Source: an uncultured Rhodospirillaceae bacterium (GTDB taxonomy: Bacteria; Pseudomonadota; Alphaproteobacteria; Rhodospirillales; UBA2165). From it: DNA of 64,000 nt. Shown here piece by piece: positions 47,731 through 55,025 of the stretch. The notes under the pieces were generated by a model. That model was given only the letters and a program-made list of their open reading frames with translations. It was not told the origin of the DNA and did no database searches. Location of the stretch: assembly GCA_964611435.1 (NCBI GenBank), contig CAZSXT010000003.1:102100-166099 (forward strand), in the 5' to 3' direction. Made by a program: the position numbers and the translations under genes. Each line of letters begins with the position of its first letter. Within the stretch, counting starts at the first letter, position 1.

Positions 47731-49791
47731 ATGGAATTTGAGATGCTCGCAATGGCCGGCAAGGCCATTGTCACCATGGCGGACCCCAGCCGGCTTATGT
47801 TCCTCGCCCTCGGCGTAATCATCGGGCTGGGTCTCGGTGTAATTCCGGGCCTGGGTGGCATCGTCGGCATGGCGTTGCTGTTGCCGTTTACGTTCAACAT
47901 CGACCCCTATTCGGCCTTTGCCCTGTTGCTGGGCATGGGATCGGTGACCACCACATCGGATACCATTCCGGCCGTCCTGTTCGGCGTGCCCGGCACCACC
48001 GGCTCGGCGGCCACCATCCTGGACGGCCACCCGCTGGCCAAGCAGGGTCAGGCGGGCCGCGCGTTCGGCGCCGCCTATACGGCGTCTTTGATCGGTGGGG
48101 TGTTCGGGGCGGCTTTGCTGGCCGTCAGCATTCCGATCCTGCGGCCGGTGCTTCTACAAGTCGGCTCTCCCGAGCTTCTGGCGTTCTCCGTCTTTGGCCT
48201 GTGTATGGTGGCTGCGCTCAGCGTCGGCAGTCCCATGCGTGGCCTGGCCGCCGCCGGCATCGGCGTGTTGTTCGCTATGGTCGGGGCCGATCCGCAGACC
48301 GCGACCCAGCGCTGGTCCTTCGGCTCGCTCTATCTGTGGGATGGGCTGTCCCTGATCCCGCTCACCCTCGGCGTCTTTGCCCTGCCGGAACTCGCCGACA
48401 TGGCGATCGAACGTCGCAGCATCGCTGGCAACTCCAAGGTGGATTCCCGTTCCGGCCAATGGCAAGGAATCAAGGACACATTCAAACACTGGTGGCTGGT
48501 CATTCGCGTGGCCTGGCTGGGCGCCGGCCTGGGTGCGGTGCCCGGCATCGGCGCCGCCGTCATCGACTGGATCGCCTATGGCCACGCCGCCCGCACGGAA
48601 AAAGGCGCAGAGGAAACCTTCGGCAAGGGCGACATCCGGGGCGTGCTGGCGTCCGAAGGCTCCAACAACGCCAAAGAGGGCGGCGCGCTGGTGCCGACCA
48701 TTGCGTTCGGCGTGCCGGGTTCGGCCTCTATGGCGATTCTTCTGGGCGCATTCTTGATCCACGGATTGCAGCCCGGCCCGGACATGCTGTCCAAGAACCT
48801 GGATGTCACTTACGCGATTATCTGGAGCGTGGCGCTGGCCAATATCCTGGGCGCCGGAATTTGCTTCGCCTTTTCCAACCAGTTCGCCAAGGTCGCCCTG
48901 ATCCGCCAGCCCGTGATCATGCCGCTGATCCTGGTGGTGATTATGATCGGCGCGTTCCAGGCGACCCGGAATTGGGGCGATTTGATCGCGGTGTTGCTGT
49001 TCGGGCTGTTGGGCTGGGTGATGAAGCGCCTGGGCTGGCCGCGCCCGCCGCTGATTCTGGGCTTCGTACTGGGCGGCATCGTCGAGCGCTATCTGTTTAT
49101 CTCCTACAATCGCTACGCCTGGGACTGGCTGTCGCACCCGGTGGTGCTGATCCTGTTCGCCCTGGCGGTTCTGGGATTCGTCCGGCCGCTGGTCCGGGAA
49201 TATAAGGAAGCCGGTGGGCTCGGTGGTTTGGCGTCGGGCTATACCATGTGTGCGCGGATCGACTGGAACACCGCGTTCTACGGTATTTTTATTTTCGGCA
49301 TTTATATACTGACGCTCTTGGCCTTGTTCTGGCGGTTCGATGCGCAGCTGGTGCCCATTGTGGTCGGCATCTTCACCATGTCGGTCCTGCTGCTGAGCTT
49401 CCTCAACCACACTTTCCGGCTGCCCGGCGTCGGGGTGAAACACACGGACGCCGGCGGGCGGGTGCGGGCGCGACTCCGCCTGGACCTCAGCGCCGACAAC
49501 AGCTCGACCGAAAAACAGGTGATCGCCAAGCGCGCAACCGGCTTCCTGATCTGGCTCGGCGTGTTCTTGGGCCTGATCGCCGTCATCGGCATGCTGCCGA
49601 CGATCTTCGTCTTCGTGACAGCCTATATGTGGTTCGAGGGACGGGAGCCCTGGAAACTGTCGCTCCCGGTCTCCGCCGCGTTGACGATTTTCTGTTACAT
49701 TCTGTTCGATCAGGTCCTGTCCCTGCCCTGGCCCGACACATTGCTGGGCTGGTGGTTGCCGGAACTCAAAACCATCATTCCGTCGATCTAG
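47731..49791 (+). CDS. TTT transporter permease, TctA fused to a C-terminal TctB-like domain
   Basis: 686 aa. The first 495 aa or so align with in-window TctA (GVIPGLGGIVGMALLLPFTF...). The last 190 aa or so (from about 49216) have 4 TM segments and align with in-window TctB (...FVFVTAYMWFEGREPWKLS... against ...YVLTFVVFQGRKSVKVG...). Confidence 0.85.
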   Translation: MEFEMLAMAGKAIVTMADPSRLMFLALGVIIGLGLGVIPGLGGIVGMALLLPFTFNIDPYSAFALLLGMGSVTTTSDTIPAVLFGVPGTTGSAATILDGHPLAKQGQAGRAFGAAYTASLIGGVFGAALLAVSIPILRPVLLQVGSPELLAFSVFGLCMVAALSVGSPMRGLAAAGIGVLFAMVGADPQTATQRWSFGSLYLWDGLSLIPLTLGVFALPELADMAIERRSIAGNSKVDSRSGQWQGIKDTFKHWWLVIRVAWLGAGLGAVPGIGAAVIDWIAYGHAARTEKGAEETFGKGDIRGVLASEGSNNAKEGGALVPTIAFGVPGSASMAILLGAFLIHGLQPGPDMLSKNLDVTYAIIWSVALANILGAGICFAFSNQFAKVALIRQPVIMPLILVVIMIGAFQATRNWGDLIAVLLFGLLGWVMKRLGWPRPPLILGFVLGGIVERYLFISYNRYAWDWLSHPVVLILFALAVLGFVRPLVREYKEAGGLGGLASGYTMCARIDWNTAFYGIFIFGIYILTLLALFWRFDAQLVPIVVGIFTMSVLLLSFLNHTFRLPGVGVKHTDAGGRVRARLRLDLSADNSSTEKQVIAKRATGFLIWLGVFLGLIAVIGMLPTIFVFVTAYMWFEGREPWKLSLPVSAALTIFCYILFDQVLSLPWPDTLLGWWLPELKTIIPSI

Positions 49792-49840
49792 GGCAGCAGT
49801 TTAGAAGTGGTTTTCAATCAGGGGACAGACTTTATACTGG

Positions 49841-49864
49841 TTAGAAATCTAAGTAATTTTGACG
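49841..49864. promoter_or_regulatory. operator-like site TTAGAAATCTAAGTAATTTTGACG (TTAGA-N2-TCTAA family) overlapping a possible -35 box
   Basis: Seen 30 bp upstream of the first bicupin gene. TTGACG is at the 3' end of the site. It is the closest match to the sites at 25768, 32034 (reverse) and 46265. Confidence 0.45.
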
Positions 49865-49893
49865 TAACACCAGCAGGGGAATAGTGGCGAACC

Positions 49894-50997
49894 ATGTCGA
49901 AAGCTGACGAAGCACGGTTTCTGTATGATCCGTATCAGGAGTGGGTAAAGGGCGAAGGCGTGCCCGTGGTCGAGGACTTCGGCATCGACCTGATCAAGGT
50001 GGAAACCAAGCCCTGGGCCCGGTTCGACACCAACGGCGCCATCGCCCATCTGAAGGGCCGGGGCGACTTTATTTCGATCTTCATCATCGATATTCCGCCG
50101 GGCGGTAAATCGTCGCCCCAGCAGCATGTCTTTGAAGAGGTGATCTACGTCCTGGAAGGACATGGCAGCACCACGGTCGAAACCCATGACGGGCGCAAGC
50201 ACAGCTTCGAATGGGGTCCGCAGAGCCTGTTCGCCCTGCCCTTGAACGCCAAGTATCAGCACTTCAACGGCAGCGGGCGGGAGCCGGCGCGCCTCTCCTC
50301 CACCAACAGCCTCTGCGTCATGCAGAACCTGTTCCACAACGATAAATTCATCTTCGACAATCCGTATCGCTTCCCCGAACGGGAAGGCACGGAAACGGCC
50401 TTCTCCGGCGAGGGTGAGTTCATTCCGAAACGCCCGGGCCGGCATATGTGGGAGACCAACTTCGTTCCCGACCTGTCGAGCTTCAAGCTGCGCAAATGGT
50501 CCAAGCGGGGCGCGGGCGGCTCCAACATGATGTTCGTGCTGGCCGACGGCTCCATGCACGCTCATATGTCGGAAATGCCGGTCGGCACCTACAAGAAAGC
50601 CCACCGCCACGGCGCGGACTTCCATGTGTTCTGCGTCACTGGCACCGGTTATTCGCTTCTGTGGTACGAGGAAGAGGACGATTACGTGCGGGTCGATTGG
50701 CAGCACGGCGTGGTCTTCGCCCCGCCGGATGGCATGTATCACCAGCATTTCAATTCCAGCGCCGATCCGGCCCGCTATTTGGCCATTGCCTTCGGCGGCC
50801 TGCGCTATCCCATGACCGAGGCCAAGCGACGGGTGTTTATGGGCATGGACGTCAATGTCCGCGACGGCGGCGCGCAGATCGAATACGAGGATCAGGACCC
50901 GCGCATCCACAAAATCTACCTGGACGAACTGGCCAAGCATGGCGGCGCGTCCAAGATGGGCGAATTCATCGACGAAGCGCCGTTCGTGAAGGCTTAG
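49894..50997 (+). CDS. bicupin metalloprotein, copy 1 of a tandem pair
   Basis: 367 aa. N-cupin GGKSSPQQHVFEEVIYVLEGHG; C-cupin GTYKKAHRHGADFHVFCVTGTG and PPDGMYHQHFN (canonical PxGxxHxxxN). Confidence 0.75.
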   Translation: MSKADEARFLYDPYQEWVKGEGVPVVEDFGIDLIKVETKPWARFDTNGAIAHLKGRGDFISIFIIDIPPGGKSSPQQHVFEEVIYVLEGHGSTTVETHDGRKHSFEWGPQSLFALPLNAKYQHFNGSGREPARLSSTNSLCVMQNLFHNDKFIFDNPYRFPEREGTETAFSGEGEFIPKRPGRHMWETNFVPDLSSFKLRKWSKRGAGGSNMMFVLADGSMHAHMSEMPVGTYKKAHRHGADFHVFCVTGTGYSLLWYEEEDDYVRVDWQHGVVFAPPDGMYHQHFNSSADPARYLAIAFGGLRYPMTEAKRRVFMGMDVNVRDGGAQIEYEDQDPRIHKIYLDELAKHGGASKMGEFIDEAPFVKA

Positions 50998-51008
50998 GGG
51001 AGACCATC

Positions 51009-52118
51009 ATGGCCGATAAGGAAGAAGCCCGCTTTTTATTCGATCCTTATATGGACTGGGTCGAGCGGCAAGGCATCCCCGTGGTCGAGGATTTCGGCGT
51101 CGATCTGTTGAAAGTCGAAACCAAGCCCTGGGCCTCCATGGGCTGCGACGGCGCGATCGTGCACCTGAAGGGGCGCGGCGATTTTATCTCCATCTTCGTG
51201 GTGGACCTGCCGCCGGGTGGTCAAACCTCGCCGCAACAGCACTTGTTCGAGGAAGTCATCTATGTGCTGGACGGCCATGGCAGTACGACGATTGAGACCG
51301 AGGACGGCCAGAAACACAGTTTCGAATGGGGCCCCAAAAGCCTCTTCGCCCTGCCCCTGAACGCAAAATATCAGCACTTCAACGCCAGCGGACAGGAACG
51401 CGCCCGGCTATCGGCCACCAACGATCTCTGCCTGGTGTTGAACCTGTTCCACAATGAAGATTTCATCTTCAACAACGATTTCCGCTTCCCGGAGCGGGAG
51501 GGCACGTCCAACTATTTCGCCGGCGAAGGGGAACTGATCCCCAAGCGGCCCGGCCGACACATGTGGGAAACCAATTTCGTCCCCGATCTGTCGAAGTTCG
51601 AGTTGCGCACCTGGGACAAGCGCGGCGCCGGCAGCTCCAACATGAAATTCATCCTGGCGGACGGCACCATGCATGCGCATTCGTCGGAAATGCCTGTTGG
51701 CACCTACAAGAAAGCCCACCGCCACGGCGCGGACTTCCATGTCTATAGCGTCACCGGCGGCGGCTATTCACTGCTCTGGTACGAAGAGGACGAGGATTTC
51801 GTCCGCATCGACTGGCAGCACGGCGTGGTCTTCGCCCCACCGGACATGATGTATCACCAGCATTACAACACCAGCACGGTGCCCAGCCGGTATCTGGCCG
51901 TGGCGCTGGGTAGCCTGCGCTATCCGTTCACCCAGGAAAAGATGGACCTGTTCATGGGCGTCGATGTCAGCGTCAAGGACGGCGGCCGCCAGATCGAATA
52001 CGAGGATCAGGACCCGCGCATTCATCAGATCTATCTGGATGAGCTGGAGAAAAACGGCGTCGAGTCCGGCATGGCCGAGATAATCGACGAAGCGCCCTAC
52101 GTCAAGAAAACCGCATAA
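51009..52118 (+). CDS. bicupin metalloprotein, copy 2 of a tandem pair
   Basis: 369 aa from ATG 51009 (RBS GGGGAG). Colinear and highly similar to copy 1 (KAHRHGADFHVYSVTGGG, PPDMMYHQHYN). The longer track ORF from 50448 is an out-of-gene extension. Confidence 0.75.
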   Translation: MADKEEARFLFDPYMDWVERQGIPVVEDFGVDLLKVETKPWASMGCDGAIVHLKGRGDFISIFVVDLPPGGQTSPQQHLFEEVIYVLDGHGSTTIETEDGQKHSFEWGPKSLFALPLNAKYQHFNASGQERARLSATNDLCLVLNLFHNEDFIFNNDFRFPEREGTSNYFAGEGELIPKRPGRHMWETNFVPDLSKFELRTWDKRGAGSSNMKFILADGTMHAHSSEMPVGTYKKAHRHGADFHVYSVTGGGYSLLWYEEDEDFVRIDWQHGVVFAPPDMMYHQHYNTSTVPSRYLAVALGSLRYPFTQEKMDLFMGVDVSVKDGGRQIEYEDQDPRIHQIYLDELEKNGVESGMAEIIDEAPYVKKTA

Positions 52119-52130
52119 CCGGCGCTATCC

Positions 52131-53723
52131 ATGCACGAACTCGGTTTCGATCACGTCCATCCGTCGGAAGAGGAACGGGAACAGCTCAGCGACGCCATCT
52201 GGTCCGTCGATAATGTGGAGTTCACCACCGTCGGCGTGGATGTAGGCTCTTCCACGTCCCACCTCATGTTCGCCAAAGTGCACCTGCAGCGCCTGGCGGA
52301 GGCCTTGTCCAGCCGTTTCGTCGTGGTCGGCCGGGAAATCCTCTGGCGCTCCCCTATTCTGCTGACCCCCTACCGGTCCGACTACACCATTGATGCGGAG
52401 GAGCTGGGCCTGTTCATCGACAACGCCTACACCTCCGCCGGATTGCAGCGGGATGATATCGACTCCGGCGCAGTCATATTGACCGGCGAAGCGCTGAAGC
52501 GCACCAATGCGCGGGCCATCGCCGATCTGTTCGCCGCCGAGAGCGGCAAGTTTGTCTGCGCGTCGGCCGGACATAACCTCGAAGCCTTGATGGCGGCCCA
52601 CGGGTCCGGCGCGGTGGAGCTCTCCCGACAGGAACATAAGACCTTCCTCAACATCGACATCGGTGGCGGCACCACCAAGTTTGCGCTCGTTCACGGCGGC
52701 CGGCTCTTGGAAAGCGCGGCGGTGGCGGTCGGCGGGCGGCTGGTCGCGCTGGACGACGACGGGAGCCTGGTGCGGATCGAGGAACCGGCGGAACGCATGG
52801 CCGACGCTGCCGGCGTTACCCTCGAATTGGGCCAAAAGCTCTCGGTTGGCGACCGGGAAAAGCTCGTCGCCACCATGATCGATGTGCTGATCCGCTCCAT
52901 CGCCCGGGAAGCCCCGGACGCGCTGATCAACGATCTGATCCTCACGCCGGCGCTGCCCACCGACATCAAAATCGATGCGGTGACCTTCTCCGGCGGCGTC
53001 TCCGAATACGTGTTCGGCCGGGAAACCGTGGATCACGGCGATCTCGGCGGGGATATTGCCGCCGGCGTGACCGAGGCCCTGAAAGACGGGCGCATCCCCT
53101 ATCCGGTCTATGATCCGGGCCAGGGCATTCGCGCCACCGTGGTCGGCGCGTCGCAGTTCTCCGTACAGGTCAGCGGCAACACCATCCATATCAGCCGCCC
53201 GGACCTGCTGCCCATCCGCAACGTGCCGGTGATCCGGCTCGGTCTGGCGCTGGACGGCGAGATCGACTCTGATGCTGTCTCCGAAGACATCCAAAAGAGC
53301 TTCAACCGGTTCGATATTGATCCGAAAGAAACCGCCACGGCGCTGGCCTTCACCTGGGACGGCGAACCCGCCTATCAACGCCTGTTCGCCCTGGCCAAGG
53401 GCATCCGCGACGGCTATGCGGACACCATTGCCGCCGGCCACGCGGTGATCCTGGTGATGGAAGGCGATGTGGCGAAGACCATGGGCAATCTGCTGATGAA
53501 AGAACTGGACGTACCCGGCGATATTATCTCGCTGGACGGCGTGCAGTTGCGGGAATTCGACTATATCGATGTGGGCGAACTGGTGCAGCCGGCCAATGTC
53601 GCGCCGCTGATCATCAAGTCGCTGCTGTTCACTGCCGACGACCGGCATGGTGATGACGGCCATCATCAGCACGACCATGATCACTCTCACGAGCATGATC
53701 ATGAGCACCATCATCACGATTGA
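52131..53723 (+). CDS. EutA-like ASKHA-fold ATPase with a His-rich C-terminal tail
   Basis: 530 aa. VGVDVGSSTSHLMF, ...IDSGAVILTGEALKRTNARAI..., FLNIDIGGGTTKFAL, ...YIDVGELV...APLIIKSLLF. The tail is DDRHGDDGHHQHDHDHSHEHDHEHHHHD. Paralog of 19882-21366. Confidence 0.75.
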   Translation: MHELGFDHVHPSEEEREQLSDAIWSVDNVEFTTVGVDVGSSTSHLMFAKVHLQRLAEALSSRFVVVGREILWRSPILLTPYRSDYTIDAEELGLFIDNAYTSAGLQRDDIDSGAVILTGEALKRTNARAIADLFAAESGKFVCASAGHNLEALMAAHGSGAVELSRQEHKTFLNIDIGGGTTKFALVHGGRLLESAAVAVGGRLVALDDDGSLVRIEEPAERMADAAGVTLELGQKLSVGDREKLVATMIDVLIRSIAREAPDALINDLILTPALPTDIKIDAVTFSGGVSEYVFGRETVDHGDLGGDIAAGVTEALKDGRIPYPVYDPGQGIRATVVGASQFSVQVSGNTIHISRPDLLPIRNVPVIRLGLALDGEIDSDAVSEDIQKSFNRFDIDPKETATALAFTWDGEPAYQRLFALAKGIRDGYADTIAAGHAVILVMEGDVAKTMGNLLMKELDVPGDIISLDGVQLREFDYIDVGELVQPANVAPLIIKSLLFTADDRHGDDGHHQHDHDHSHEHDHEHHHHD

Positions 53724-53753
53724 GGCCCGCGCCGAAGCGGGCCATAATCCAGC

Positions 53754-55001
53754 ATGACCACGGCAACCCAAACCCTCGCCCATGATGGACGGGTCCTCGG
53801 CCTGATCGGTGCGGGACACCTGCTCAGCCATTTCTATCAATATACGTTTCCCGCGCTGATCCTGTATTGGAGTGTCGAGATGGGCGTCTCCTACGCCGCG
53901 CTCGGCCTGGTCATGACCCTGTTCGCGCTGTCGACCGGGATCGCGCAGATGCCGGCCGGCATGCTGGTGGACCGCTACGGCGCCCGGCCGGTCCTGGTTA
54001 TCGGCCTGTTGATCACCGCCGGGGCCATGGCCTATATGTCGCGTTCCGACGGGATGGAGATGATCTACGTCCTGGCCGTCATCGCCGGCGTCGGCAACAG
54101 CGTGTTTCACCCGGCGGATTATGTGATCCTCAATTCCTCCATCGATCCGAGCCGCATGGGCAAAGCCTTCAGCCTGCACACCTTCAGCGGCCATTTGGGC
54201 AGCGCCTTCGCCCCGGCGACCATCATTTTCCTCGCCACGCTCCAGGACTGGCGGTTTGCGCTTTTGACCACGGGCCTATTGGGCGTCGCCGTGGCGCTTG
54301 TGGTGTTCCTGCAGGGCGGCATCCTGCAGGATGATCAGGTCGCCAAAAAGGCCGAGGCCGAGGACGGCAGAAAAAGGAACGACGGGACAGGTCTGGGGGC
54401 CAGTTTCAGACTGATGATGTCTAAAAACATGCTGCTGTTTTTCCTGTTCTTTATGTTTGCCTCGCTCTCATCCGGCGGAGTGCAGAGCATGTCCGTGGTG
54501 GCGCTGGTGGACCTGCACGGCATCGACCAGATCAGCGCCGGCACAGCCTTGACCTTCTTCCTGTTCGCCAGCGCGACGGGCATTCTTTTAGGCGGCGTGG
54601 CGGCGGATAAATTCGACCGCCACGACCGGATCGCCGGGGGCTGCTTCGGCGTTTCCGCGCTGATCTTTGCCGGCGTCGCCACCTGGATCTTGCCGGCCGC
54701 CGTGATCATCTTCGTCTTCACCATCGCCGGGCTGGCCCAGGGCATGATCCGCCCGGCCCGGGACATGATGGTCCGCGCTGTCGCGCCCAAAGGCGCCGCC
54801 GGCCGGGCCTTCGCCTTTACCTCAATGGGCATCGCCTTCGGCAGCGGCGTCGCGCCGGTGTTCTTCGGCTATCTGGTGGATCAGGGGGCCAGCAACTGGC
54901 TGTTCTGGCTGCTGGTCGGCTTCAACATCATCGCCATTGGCACGATCCTCGGCCAGGGCGACATCTCGGCGAAGTCTGAGGCGAAGAAGGCTGAGGGTTA
55001 G
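53754..55001 (+). CDS. MFS transporter
   Basis: 415 aa, 12 predicted TM segments, with the loop motif ...GMLVDRYGARPV... between TM2 and TM3. Confidence 0.85.
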   Translation: MTTATQTLAHDGRVLGLIGAGHLLSHFYQYTFPALILYWSVEMGVSYAALGLVMTLFALSTGIAQMPAGMLVDRYGARPVLVIGLLITAGAMAYMSRSDGMEMIYVLAVIAGVGNSVFHPADYVILNSSIDPSRMGKAFSLHTFSGHLGSAFAPATIIFLATLQDWRFALLTTGLLGVAVALVVFLQGGILQDDQVAKKAEAEDGRKRNDGTGLGASFRLMMSKNMLLFFLFFMFASLSSGGVQSMSVVALVDLHGIDQISAGTALTFFLFASATGILLGGVAADKFDRHDRIAGGCFGVSALIFAGVATWILPAAVIIFVFTIAGLAQGMIRPARDMMVRAVAPKGAAGRAFAFTSMGIAFGSGVAPVFFGYLVDQGASNWLFWLLVGFNIIAIGTILGQGDISAKSEAKKAEG

Positions 55002-55025
55002 AGCAGGCCCGCTCCAATCAATTCC

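Noticed and set aside
48154-49443. 429-aa minus-strand ORF and the overlapping 334-aa plus-strand ORF (48201-49205)
   Set aside because: Both lie within the TctA-TctB fusion gene, in the wrong strand or frame. The real frame shows strong homology to the in-window TctA.
49849-50940. 363-aa minus-strand ORF
   Set aside because: It is antisense to bicupin copy 1 and has no recognisable domain.
50448-51008. N-terminal 187-aa extension of the 556-aa track ORF
   Set aside because: The extension runs out of frame through bicupin copy 1. The paralog alignment and the GGGGAG RBS place the true start at 51009.
52125-54194. 689-aa ORF on the minus strand
   Set aside because: It is antisense to the EutA-like and MFS genes. 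Its VMMVLMIML stretch is simply the reverse reading of the His-rich tail codons. It has no motifs.
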